Shown here in pieces: positions 12,245 to 24,008 of a stretch of 64,000 bases of DNA. Under the pieces are notes generated by a model. That model was given only the letters and a program-made list of their open reading frames with translations, did no database searches and was not told where the DNA came from. This stretch comes from Microthyrium microscopicum (taxonomy: Eukaryota), in assembly GCA_010405405.1 (NCBI GenBank), contig MU004232.1, positions 887,481 to 951,480 of the forward strand, written 5' to 3'. Position 1 is the first letter of the stretch. Each line of letters starts with the position of its first letter. The translations under genes and the position numbers were made by a program.

Positions 12245-12745
12245 TGGGTCAATGGACTATGCGATAACGACTCTGGGGGATTAGGAAGCATTTGGGGATT
12301 ATACATTATGAAAGTTGGGAAAAGTGGCATGGAATGGGAATATTTAATTAATGATTAATGACATGAATTTTTGTTATTCACACCGTTCGTTGATTAGTTG
12401 TCCAACTTTCGCCATAATATCGATTATGTGCGAACACAACTGAAGCTTGCCATGATAAGCCAGACGTTGCTGGTGTTGAGAGCTGCCATGGCACCGGTAC
12501 CTGAATTATGGCGAGTCATGCACTGATCTCTCGACTCACTTGGTGGTAGCAAAGTAGCTGCTGGCTCCCATTGCAGTCGATGGCCATGATAGCTACTGCC
12601 AATCATGTTGGAAAAGAATACCGAGTGCCTGGTCAGGCATGAGCACACCCAATGACTCATTACAGCTACAACAATATCTTCAGGGACAAAGTACTTGATT
12701 CAATAAACACGAAAATAAAGCTATAGGACGGAATAGTCCTTTACC

Positions 12746-13944
12746 ATGTCAACAGATTCGCGCCTCGTGAGACAATTGTTGGGATCTCTGAAGGATACTC
12801 CATACGCGTGTACCTCCCTTGAGCTACTTACAGGTGGAACAGCCAACTTCGTGTCCAGAGGATATCTCGAGCAACCACTTGAAGATGGATCTAGAACGGT
12901 GATTGTGAAACATACCGAGAATCTCACTCTTCAGCTCGATTACAAAATGATCGATACACGCTGTGTAAACGCCCTCATCGTTGTTGTTACTGTAACTTTT
13001 GTTGAGAATGAGCACTGATTGAGTGCTAGCGTTTCGAACAAGCTGTTTCTTCAGCCTTGCAGTCCTTTTCTGCCCCAACCTATGACAATGTCACCATCAC
13101 GGTTCCCAGGCTCTATCATTTTGTTTCGGAAAGCAACACCCAGGTACAGGAAGATCTTTTTGCAACCATCGACCTTGAGACCTACCTGAAGGCCCGAAAA
13201 CTTACACAACAACAATGCAATCGTCTTGGAAAAAGTCTCGGAGCCTGGACCAAGGCGTTCCATTCCTGGGGCGCTGCGCCAGAGCAGGAGTCTCTGCGAG
13301 AGCAGATGAAGGGTAATGTCGCCATGAAAGATCTCAAGTTCTGGCTTAACTATGGTGCCTCCGTGAAATCTGCAATAGACAGATACTCTGATACCTTAGA
13401 GCCCTGTCGAAAGGTCCTTGAAGAGGCCGGCACAGAAGTTGAGAAAGGAGCCAAAACTTTGCTTCATGGAGACTTTTGGACTGGAAAGTGAGAAATACGG
13501 TTATTTCGGAACTTCCAGAAACTAATTACGTGTAGTATATTACTACCGAATAAAGCATTTCCCGCTAACGAAACCGCCCTGAGCCTCCATGTCATCGATT
13601 GGGAGCTCAGTCACGTTGGCTCAATTGTGTATGATCTTGGACAGCTGATTGGGACTCTGGTAGAACTTAGCCACTCCCGAGGAATCAAGCCTGCGGAATG
13701 GATTGTTGACTCGTTTCTGGAAGGGTATGGGAGGATAGAAGAGGAAGTAGCGTTTCAGATTGCAATTCATGTTGGTGCTCATCTGATCTGCTGGATTAAA
13801 AGGGGCCCGCCTACGAGGCCACCGGAAGTCATGAAGCGTGGGGAGTCGCTGTTGGGCATAGGACGGGACTTCATACTCAATGGATGGGCGAACGATAGGC
13901 AATTCTTTGAGGGGACTGTGCTGGCGTGTCTTTTCAAAAGGTAG
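12746..13944 (+). CDS. Aminoglycoside phosphotransferase / choline-kinase-like small-molecule kinase, 3 exons
   Basis: LTGGTANFVSR Gly-loop, VIVKH, Brenner motif LLHGDFWTGNIL, IDWELS; introns 12965-13029 and 13488-13535. Confidence 0.88.
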
Positions 13945-14111
13945 GTAGACAGGCAATCGCATGGCGAATTAAGTGGTGCGCTCCCATCCACTCCGATGGC
14001 TACCGTGCGTAACGCTTGACTATCGAGTGTTCTATTTGCAATAAAAGACGTCCAGCATTTGGGGCCTTGTCGGGAAGAATGGTAAAGAAAGTGCCTCCAT
14101 ATATTTAGGTC

Positions 14112-15168
14112 TTAGGGGGCTGCTGCCGTCAACGTACTAAAAACCTTCTGAGTCCATGCCCAAACGGCGTCATCCACTCCGCGACTCTTGCAATCATTCA
14201 AAAGAGCCTGTTTACCCACACTCTCACCATCACCACCAACCAAAAACACACGATTGTCCATCTGTTTCGCCCTCTCCAGTCCCGTAGCCAAAGGCACACT
14301 GGTACTCTCACCACCCGCCACTGCATACCTCGCACTAGTAGCATAAGAAAGCACTCTAGCACCAGCCTCTTTCGGGCTAATAGCAAACAGCCATCTGATC
14401 GGGGGTAATATCAAACGCAGCAGCAATCCCACCAGACCACTACTCCCCTTGGTGGTGAGATTATTCGTAGCTACAAACCCAGGAAATGCGTGAACAAAGC
14501 TAATACCCGGGTTTTCTGTCGCAAAGTGGCCAAGGGTTAACGTGCCCATGGTTCCAGTTGCTGTAGCTGCGTTACCAATGGAGTAGTTTCCTGCTTTCCG
14601 TAGGTCCAAGTCATCTTCTATGAGCTTGCCTTCTTGTCCGGCTGCTAGGATGGAAACCACTCGGGCGCTGGGAGCGGCGCGGAGTAGTGGAAGGAGATTT
14701 TCGATTGCGCGCATGCGGCCGTAGTAGCGGGTTGACATTGATGCGTCTAGGCCTTCGGATGTTTCTAAGGGTGGTCAGTGACTGTGTTATATGCGGAGAA
14801 TCATGAGACGTACTATCTCGACCGACGAATGATATGAAACCTGCGGACATCATTAAGATGTCCAACTTCTGTTCTTTGGACTTAATGTAAGAGGTAAAAG
14901 CGTCAATGTCACGGAGCAGGGAGACGTTCTTCTCGACGAATTCTATGGTTGCTTCGGGGTTGCTTTGTTTTAATTGAGATATCAATGGAGCGGCAGAAGA
15001 GGCACTTCGACCGACAATGTAGATCTTTGGTGATGTGGCATATTGTGTAAACTGTCTAAGTGCTTCTTCCCCGATACCAGATGTTGCTCCTATGAAGGCA
15101 GCCACAAGCCCGGATGGCAGGTCTTTGATGAGGCTATTTGAGGCATTGACCGTCTTGATATGGACCAT
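14112..15168 (-). CDS. Short-chain dehydrogenase/reductase, 2 exons
   Basis: AAFIGATSGIGE cofactor motif, LDILMMSAG, YYGRMRAI, FVHAFPGFVATN; intron 14765-14813. Confidence 0.9.
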
Positions 15169-16129
15169 TTGGACAGTACGATGATTGTTATTTCAGAAAG
15201 CAGATGATATAGAGAATAGATTTTTCTAACAGCTGGAACTTGTTGTGATGTGAAGTGGAGTCGCTGAGTATTCCTTTTATTGGTAGGCATCATATCATTT
15301 AAATATCATCGTATCCCTTATGATCGGTAGGCTCAACGGCGCAATGATTGGTCCGCTCATTGCTTATTAAAAATCCATGCTGGATGAGTGAAGCGAGATA
15401 ACGGCGATAAGTGTTGGCTCACCATCTCAATCTTGATCAGTAAGATGTACGGAGTACGGGATGGGCAGTTGTATAGATCTACTGTGGGTGAAGAAGCCTG
15501 TATTGCGATTTGTAAGTTCAAAAGGGATGAGTCCTATCTTGCAGGTATCCAGACGAAGCAAAATGGTCTCGGGCGAGTTGTAGTTGGTCTAGTAGTTTGG
15601 TAAGCAAGGAGATAGCGGTGCGGAGTTGGCGCCACAACCTGAGCCACGACCTTCAGCCGCAATCTATTTGCATGGTTTTGAGCAGCTACAGTAAAGGAAA
15701 GTAATGTTAGCATGCTCGGATCGCCAGCAACCCGTCTATGGTAGCAGAAAAAGTCATCAGCCTCAGTATGAGATCGACGTCTCCACGAAACTTTTCTCTA
15801 GTTTCTTAATTGCGACAGGAAAGAGCAAAATGTTAAAGTTCGTTGCTTTGTGAGGTGCTTGAGGTGCTACCAAAGTGGAGTTGGTTTAGATGTTCTATTT
15901 TTAGACCATCTATTTCTTGAAAACACCACATGGCACCCACGTTCCTACATCTCCACATGAAGTGTTGGTGTACCAGAAAGAGAATTGCAAATAGCCAATA
16001 TTTAGTAGCTTTTCGAAACAGGTGTCACAAGAAGCATGTCTCATCTAGAGTATTATCCATAGACAAAAGTAGGATGTCTCGAAGACAGAATAAGAAAGCC
16101 ACAGCTGACAAGGCTGAGTCGACACCACA

Positions 16130-16951
16130 TTATCTCAGTGGACTCAGACCCTCAGGGAGTGTCTAACCCTATCGGGTTAGAGAGTATTTTATCTCCTCAA
16201 TAACCAATAACGGCCCCCCTAAATAAACACTCCCTAAGGGTCTGAGATCAACTTACACGTTCTACACTATGTCTGGCTTAATATTTACCCTTTTCGATCC
16301 CCTTCTTTCACAACTAATAACAAGATAACCAACAACTATTATAGCTTAAAACTTAGGCTGCGGAATCTTCTTATCCTTAGCTATTTGCCTATGTCAAAAT
16401 CTTTTTTGCGCACTCTCTGGTTATTCTACAATCTCTAGTCAAAGTTTGGTAACAAAAAAGTTAACTTTTTTTTCAACTTGGTATTACTATGTAACGAAAG
16501 GTCGCAGAGAAAAAAGAACGAATTTTGTAGATACGTTAAGATATGATCTTTCTATGGTGAGAGTTTCAAGATATAAGATTGCTAAATGGGCTTAAACATG
16601 TGTGTCAAAAATTATTATACTTTTCGAAATAGTTAAGCTAGACCCTCTTTTAGACTATAAAACGGGGAGATTTCTACAGAGTTCCTTAGTAAATATTAAA
16701 GCCTGAAAATTGAACTATATATAGATATGCTTTGAAATTGTGGCCTTTTACAAGAAAATTACTTATAGCTATTCTGGTTGTTAAGATATTTAATAAATCG
16801 TGAAGTAGGATTTTTTCGTTAAGGCTGATGTAGTATAGATTTTGTAAGTTCCTCTTAGGCTCTGATTTAGGGTCAGGGAGCGTTAGCGACCGTAAACTGG
16901 CATTAATAATAAGACGCTAACCTGAATCAGAGTCTGAGCACGCTGAGGTAA
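16130..16951. mobile_element. Degenerate non-autonomous DNA transposon (MITE-like) with terminal inverted repeats and 8-bp TSD
   Basis: Left end TTATCTCAGTG matches the reverse complement of the right end (TTACCTCAGCG) except for two C/T differences. ACACCACA directly flanks both ends (16122-16129, 16952-16959). AT/TpA-rich interior with no long ORF; subterminal inverted repeats at both ends. Confidence 0.7.
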
Positions 16952-17900
16952 ACACCACACCTCCATTTTTGGAACCGGACATATCTAGAGTTGCTATTGG
17001 CTCACGCTGCCGATATTTTGACGTTATGCGCAGTAAGCCCAGTACCTGTCTTTATCGTCCAAATCTTGTCCATTGGCTCCAATGCGTAAATCCAGCGGCC
17101 TCTCAGAACGGTTCAACGGCCAAAGTCCCTGAATAGCAATACGCAGCAGCTGTGGCTTTCTGTCCATCATCACAGCCGCATGCAGTCATGTCTTTCCCGA
17201 TCTTGGGAACCGGAGACCTGGGAAATGTCATCCCACGTTGATAAAAGTATATAAGAGCATCTAAGGAGGCCGAGTCGAAGTCTGCATATTCCAGTCATCC
17301 GTTCGATCACCAGGACACTTCAGCACTCGCTCACAGGTTATTTCTCCAGTAGAATACTGTCGTTCCCGGCCTCGCAGCCTTCAACGCCTCAATACTTTTG
17401 CCTAATTGTTCGACAACCCCACGGTCCGCTTTGATCCAAGCCACTACTTCTCTGCCTGTTTCTAGTCACGCTCCTCAACAACAAGCATCTCCACCACTCA
17501 ATTGGTTCATACAACAGTGCCTGGCAGGCAGTCATACACAGTCACAAGCCAATTAACTTACCTTTTCTGGTAAAGGATATTGCTATATTATAGCAAATTC
17601 TGGTATTTTCCGATTTCTTCCATTTTTACCCCGTCATTTCATTTGCGATTGTCCTTTTCAACACAAGTTCGTTGGCTCAAGCGTTTCTACCATTGGCTTC
17701 ACTTTCGTTGACTCAAGGCTTCGAATTCCCCGGATCTCGCCGTCGAGGCCAGTGATTCAATCGTTTTGCTGTGCTCGAATCTGCCTATTTCCTGTTACCT
17801 ATTTCCTATTTCTTTCCCTTCTCTTCTCTTCCTTTTCTTCTCTGTATTCTACAGCACACTATTCCAAGCACCAAACACATTAACAATCAATCCATCCATC

Positions 17901-17945
17901 ATGCTGGCTCAAAGCATTGTCCTCGGCCGTGGCGGATACAATTGA
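17901..17945 (+). CDS. Candidate micropeptide ORF MLAQSIVLGRGGYN (14 aa)
   Basis: ATG follows a long CT-rich tract and a CA-rich leader (…caatcaatccatccatcATG), typical of fungal gene 5' ends; TATA-like GTATATAAG at ~17247; no other credible gene in 15.2-18.8 kb. Confidence 0.4.
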   Translation: MLAQSIVLGRGGYN

Positions 17946-18554
17946 GTATCCTGACCATCGGGATCGTTCCTCCCCAACATACACATACACACGCATCACA
18001 AGTTCTCAAACAACAGACTATCGACGCCACGGTTCAGAGACCTGGGCACGAGACGAGAACACTTTCCACATTACACGAGACTAGTGCACCAATCTTCTCT
18101 AGTCTCGAAACATTCAAACCTTCACTCGAGACCAGAGGATTACTCTTCTCCAGTCTCAGAACACTCCACAGTTCACTCAAAGAACGAGTCACCTTTATCA
18201 CCCCATCAACGTCGCCTATTGAGGCCGCATATCCACATCAACACCTTCCCATCATACACAACATGGATGCCGGCCATCAACTAAGACGACCGGCATCAAA
18301 TTCCACCCATGATCACGATGTAATGACACACAAGTATGTAACCACGTCCCATATCTCAGGGGACGCGACGATGATACCCAGGCGCGAAGGATGTGGTTAT
18401 TTCAGCGTTTCTTCTTATCCTATTTCCTGTACTGCTTTTCTTAGCGAGCGAGTTTCTGTTTCTGCCTTGGCCTGTTGGTTTCGTTTCTTTATAGATTTTC
18501 GTAGTTTTCAATGGATTATAGCATGGCAAACGTTTGACCAAATTAATGGCGCGC

Positions 18555-18619
18555 TCCCATAGAGTATGATATCTCCCATCGAGTACGATGTCTTCCATGG
18601 AGTATGATGTTTCCCATCG
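18555..18619. repeat. 19-bp tandem repeat, ~3.4 copies
   Basis: tcccatagagtatgatatc / tcccatcgagtacgatgtc / ttccatggagtatgatgtt / tcccatcg. Confidence 0.8.
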
Positions 18620-18796
18620 CACTTCTTAACGAAAGAACAATTCATATCCCAGCGCATTCGTTAGAATGTATCGAGTGTTATAGGCATTAGATAGGAAGTC
18701 AAGCTCCTAATAGCGACCCTTAGTGTATGCTAGGCATCAGACTTAATGGGAGCGTGTCACTTAGTTCGTCACCCAGTTGCATGGCTTGCAATAATC

Positions 18797-20673
18797 TCAT
18801 TTGCCCACACAGAACCTGATCACCGTTAGCACCAGACACACCAAGTAAATCGCAAAGTAGACAGGGCCACTTACTTTTCGAAAACTACACCAAGCACATC
18901 CTCAACGTCGCCAGCGTCGCCGCGACCGGTGATTCGGCCAAGGCAGTTTGCGGCGCTTCGTAGACTTTCGGCCGCGAGTACGACATCCACGCTTGCTTCA
19001 TCGACGGTTGGTGCGCTCGTGAGGTCGAGGAATTCGTCGAGGTGGGTTGTGCATTCTTGCAGCAAGAGTCGTTGGCGCTCTGTAGTCCCGAGGGAATCTT
19101 GCCAGAGGGACATGTCTGGCTGCATTTGAGCGAAGACTGAATCGGCTGGGTCTGCGGATGGCTCCAGAGCGGTTGTCATTTTCTTAAATGTGCTGGTCAA
19201 CGCAAAGTGAAGGTCTTTGATTCCAGATTCTTCTTGAATGGAGAGTTGGCTTGAGGCTGCTTGGGTGCATGATATTGCTACGAATGGGACCGTCTTGTAG
19301 TCCAGATTCAGTTGCTCGTATATAGACTTTCGTAGTGTATCCAATATCGACCGGAGGCCTTCCTGCTGGGATTCGCCCTGTTTTTGGGCAACATCCACTT
19401 TGTTTAATGCTACAATCAGTGATACTTTGCGTTCGATGCAAATTTTGGCTGCTTTAATGAGGTCTTCAGGAATTTCCGCCTGTAGACCATTTGAATCGTT
19501 CGTCGCATCGACAAGAAATATCGCAACGTCCGACTCCTCAGCACGCTGAATAGCTCTCTTCATACCCTCCTGCTCAATTGTATCGATATCAGCACTGCCC
19601 ACTACTTTGCTACGCAGCCCAGCAGTATCGCCAAATCTCACCAACCACCCTTCAAGATCAATACCAATCTCAACAATATCTCTTGTCGTCCCCGCAACAT
19701 TCGAAACAATCGCCGCATCTCTCCCCGCCAACACATTCAGCAAACTACTCTTTCCAGCATTCGGCCGTCCCAACACCGTTACCAGAATGCCATCTCGCAA
19801 CAATCTTCCTCGCGCAGCATTCGCCACACTCGTGCCCACAAGCTCCCTTAGCACCCGTACTTGCGCACGCACATTTGCAACCAAAACCTCTGCTGGCTCT
19901 TCGAATTGTTGATCTTCGGCGAAGTCAATCAACGCTTCTAATTCTCCGCGCGCCTCCACCAGCCGCCCCCGCCAATTCTCATACTCTCTTCCCAACACTC
20001 CTTGTGCTCCACGCACGGCAGTCGCACGCTGCACCTCTGTCTCTGCTGCCAGCACAGCCCCTAGCGCTTCCGCCTGAGTCACGTCCAGCCTTCCAGCCAG
20101 AAGCGCGCGCCTTGTAAACTCGCCAGGCTCAGCATATCTTACTCCCTCGGTACAAGGAATTGCGCGCAGTACAGCGCGCACGATGGCTGGACTGCCATGT
20201 ACGTGCAGCTCAAGAAGTTGTTCGCCAGTGAGACTTTGGTTGGGAGGGAAAGAGAGAAGTAGGGCGGACGGATCGAGGACGGTGGTGGTGCTGGCAGGAT
20301 GATAGAGCGTGCGGACAGTTGCATTGCGTGGACGTGGAAAGGGGAGAGTTGGACAGAGGGCTGTGTATATCTTCAAGACAGATGGGCCGGATATGCGGAT
20401 TATGGCGATGGCGGCGCGGCCGGGAGGAGTGGAAAGAGCGAAGATTGTGTCGGCAGGAGAGTGGAGTGCTGATTTTGATGGGAGAGACAACGGCGTTGAA
20501 GATCGAGGGACGATTTGGCTGGATGATGTTGAGCTCAAGGATCGAGGAACATTGTTCTGAACATTGCTACGCTGGAAAACGCGACGATGGATGACATGAC
20601 GGACGGGTTGTCTAGTTGCTATACTCAGTAGATGCCGAAATTGTCTTGAGGAAACATCACAGCAACGATTCAT
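18797..20673 (-). CDS. MSS1: Mitochondrial tRNA-modification GTPase MnmE/TrmE
   Basis: DTIFALSTPPGRAAIAIIRISG, LELHVHGS, AEPGEFTRRA, G1 GRPNAGKSS, GTTRD, DTAGLR, NKVD. A terminal intron restores ...VFEK|FCVGK*. Start assumed at MNRCC (20673). Confidence 0.95.
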
Positions 20674-22156
20674 TCCGAATTGAATAGCTCGATGTTGATG
20701 AAGTTGGAGTTGTAGATGGAAATAAACGTGGAAACATGGACAGGGATGGTACGCGCTAGGAGAAAAAGCATCATGCAAGGCTGAGGCTCAGCCTTATATG
20801 TAACTTCATCTTGTTCCTTAATGCAGTGATCCGCCAAGTACACAAAGAATTAATAATCATATGTGACCACGTATTTAAGACGAGGGCTATTGCCCTTGAA
20901 ATATGGTTTTCTAGCGGTAAAAAGGGTGAATGCGGTGCTCTACCGACTATGTTATGTCCCGCCGTGCCTTCTAAAATTCATACACTCTATAGCCCATCGC
21001 AGTCGATGATAAGCCAACTTTGTAGCGTACTTCATGGTATTGCGAATAAGTGAATGCTCTAGGTCTGATTGGGATTTAGGCAGAACACAGCGCTAGTCCT
21101 CGCTATAATAAGGCTAGACAATTTGATATTTTCGCGAACAAAAAGAACCTTATTGAGGCTACCCGTTACTCATTACTAAATTGAGAAAAAGAAAATATAA
21201 TTCCTATATAAAGTTGAAGTGGTTCCTACCGGAATTGAACCGTTGGAAAGAAAGGATGTTCCGCGGCCAGGCAAAAATACAGAACGCCGAAGCGTTTTTT
21301 ACTCCGGAGAGTCTGTATTAAAGACTCGCCCGTCTTTTTTACCGCTCTCCCACCTAGCTTGCTCCTCCCCTTTACACGGTGACCAATCACCCATGCCGCT
21401 AGTACAGACGGTGGTACATTTAAGCTATCCTGATTTGCTGAGCCGTCATGAAGGGAAGCGAATGACCCGTTGGGCCACATTCTTCAACTTTCGAAAGACA
21501 TATTTACATAAAATAATATATAGAGTGCCTCCCTTTGATCCCAAACCAGCCTCGCTCAAACTTGCTCCGCAATCAAGCATTTTCCTCGCAATGCTATAGC
21601 TTATTTGAATTTTGGCATTTGACCATGGACAATATATTGATGAGTAGTGAATATATTTGACAATGTATGTCACGACGGCTATACCCTAATTGACGTATAG
21701 CTGCACCACAATTTAGTTGTGAATATTACTTCTCAAAAAATAAATCGAATCATCTGATGGAGAAAATAAAAAGCGCGGCACCCATCTGCTTCTTTGCCTC
21801 TCATCCGCTCTGTTCTCTTATCGACTACTTTATTTCTTGGGAAGCACATAAAAGCAGTTGTGAATCATGGATCATGATAGGAACCAGAGGACACGACCTA
21901 TCCAAGGTACTATAGTAGACATTGCACTCAAAAAAATATTTTATGAATGTCTTTTGAATTTTTAATGATTATGGAGTTTTTGCCGGGTATTTCATCTTTT
22001 TCATACAGCTCTCTCAAAGAAGCTGAGAGTATCAACCGCGATACCGTATGGTCCCAAGAACTCGGCGAATCTTGACAGGTCGGTTGGTGCAACTAGACGC
22101 AAGGCTGGCGAGCGACCTTGGAAGAAGTCATCTTTTCGTGGGCCTTGATAGGCTTT

Positions 22157-22828
22157 CTAGGCCTTGCTTTCGACATCGGCATCGTAAAAACTCGGCCAAC
22201 CCAGCATATGACGCAATTGTTCCTTATGCTTAGTTTGTAATCCACTGAACAGTAACCGCCAGTCGTCGCCAGTGAGGTTCTCGTATCGAGGGTAGTCGAA
22301 GAAGAAGACTTCCTTCCAGAAGCACTCTTCTGCTTCGAATATCATGTCTTCTACCTCCATTGGGAAGTTATACATCATTCTCAGCGCTCGTGGTCGCTCA
22401 GGAGCAATGTGAACATGTCGATATTTGGCTTCCTCGGGTGAAACTTTGAGTTCTTTGTAGCCAGAGCCATTGTCAGCAGTTGTGTCTTTGACGAAGCATC
22501 TCCGAAAAGCTGAGCGGTCTGGTAGATGGACAATATATAGTTCGTAAGGAGATGCGGCCTTGAGCCTCTCTGTGCGTGGATTATTTTCTCCAGGAGTAAT
22601 ATTGACATCGACTATCGGTTCTTCTGGTCCGAAGTCTGGTTTGCGTCCTTCTTCGCGCGCTGCTTTCAATCGTTGCGCATCTCGGTAGCGAGACTCTTTC
22701 AACTTTCGCCATTCGTAGTCGAGGGTTGGTAGTTTGAGATCAGGAGTGCCGTCTCGTGTCGCACCTTCGTTGATCGCTCTGCCCTCGGGATTGAGTTTCC
22801 ACTCCCACATCCAAGACGTTGGATCCAT
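22157..22828 (-). CDS. Hypothetical protein (~223 aa), no recognised family
   Basis: Long ORF with protein-like composition inside AT-rich flanks; first ATG at 22828 (MDPTSW); the true start may lie in an upstream exon. Confidence 0.55.
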   Translation of the reverse strand: MDPTSWMWEWKLNPEGRAINEGATRDGTPDLKLPTLDYEWRKLKESRYRDAQRLKAAREEGRKPDFGPEEPIVDVNITPGENNPRTERLKAASPYELYIVHLPDRSAFRRCFVKDTTADNGSGYKELKVSPEEAKYRHVHIAPERPRALRMMYNFPMEVEDMIFEAEECFWKEVFFFDYPRYENLTGDDWRLLFSGLQTKHKEQLRHMLGWPSFYDADVESKA

Positions 22829-23672
22829 TTCATTCGACAGTGAATGCTGTAGCAATTTCTTTGACAAGTATTGCAGCTTGGATATTCGAGTCGAGGCGAT
22901 GGAAACCGTCGATTCTGTATAATTGCGTATGTTGAAAAGGGGAAGTTGATATGATACGAACAGTAAGAGTAGAAGAAACGATAGATAATATAATTGTTAT
23001 GCTGAGCTGAAGGTGGAGCGAGTCAAGGTTGATAAGTACTTATGCTCTCGGTATTTGGGTATGACTTTGAGAAAGCACAGCCTGGGAAAGGGGGAGTTGC
23101 AACTCGCACGTTTTGTCTTCAAAAACGCTACTTCCTTGTAGCTACGATAATGCTAAAGAAGCAGCCTTCGCATTGTTTTTCACGACGGCTTTGCTTGACT
23201 TTGTGCTACCTGTCTTTGGGGAGTAGGTAGACGTACACTTCCAGCGCCTTCAATGTCTGCCTGATCAAATTCTTTGGAATTGAGTAATACAATTCTAATC
23301 GCACTGAATGATTTCGTGGGAATATCATGCACGGAATGGCCATGAATCGCCAGGAGATATCGTGGTAGACATGATGGAATATTGGTCTCTTCAGCAGGCA
23401 CAAGTTAGTACCAGAGAGGTTGCTTCATATCAGAAAAAGAGACAACAGATCTCGGGATGGAACAATTTGATGTTTTGCAAGGTGCATCTTAATTGGAGCA
23501 AAAGGTAGGTAGCCATAGCCTTATAGCTAAAACTCACACCAATTATTGCACATGATAACCCACATACGGTACCGGTAATTCTGTCAAGAAAAAGCGACCG
23601 TGTAACACCTCTTCATTCCCTATTATGTAACTCGTACCCTCAGTTCAAAACCTTGTAATCAGTCGATTTGAT

Positions 23673-24008
23673 CTAACAATTGATCTTGTAAGATTCGACT
23701 TTGTCATTTGCTTGACTCGAAAAGTTCGGCAGATTCCAGTCGCCTCGAGATCGTCCTAGAATGCCGCCAGCCTCGCGACAGCCACTCCAGTTGTACAGAA
23801 CAATTTCGCATGTGCGGATGGCACCGTTGGCTTTCCAGTGCATGGAGGAGATTTTGTTGCCTTTGCTGCCAGTAAGGTCTTTGCAAGGCTGGCCGAGAGA
23901 GCCGTCGCGGTCTTCGATGACGTTCTTGTAAAGCTCGTCTCTGTAGAGCTGCAGATGCCAGGCAGAAGCGAGGGGAATTGCAGTGATGAAAAAGACTGAC
24001 AGCTTCAT
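23673..24008 (-). CDS. Small secreted Cys-containing protein, beta/gamma-crystallin / killer-toxin-like
   Basis: Signal peptide MKLSVFFITAIPLASA; two Greek-key-like halves (LYRDELY...C..L...NKISS; C..VLYNWSGC...NDKVESYKINC); 4 Cys; TATAAA upstream on the minus strand (~24126-24131). Confidence 0.8.
   Translation of the reverse strand: MKLSVFFITAIPLASAWHLQLYRDELYKNVIEDRDGSLGQPCKDLTGSKGNKISSMHWKANGAIRTCEIVLYNWSGCREAGGILGRSRGDWNLPNFSSQANDKVESYKINC

Noticed and set aside
17771..18562. 263-aa ORF in the track
   Set aside because: Starts at GTG inside a pyrimidine tract; composition reflects UTR-like sequence; no recognisable domain.
21219..21300. tRNA-like 3' end on the minus strand (CGGTTCAATTCCGGTAGGAACCA)
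   Set aside because: No matching 5' acceptor strand, D-arm or anticodon arm upstream, and the T-stem is imperfect.
21220..21887. Possible TIR pair TGGTTCCTA / TAGGAACCA bounding an AT-rich segment
   Set aside because: Only 9 bp of complementarity and no target-site duplication.
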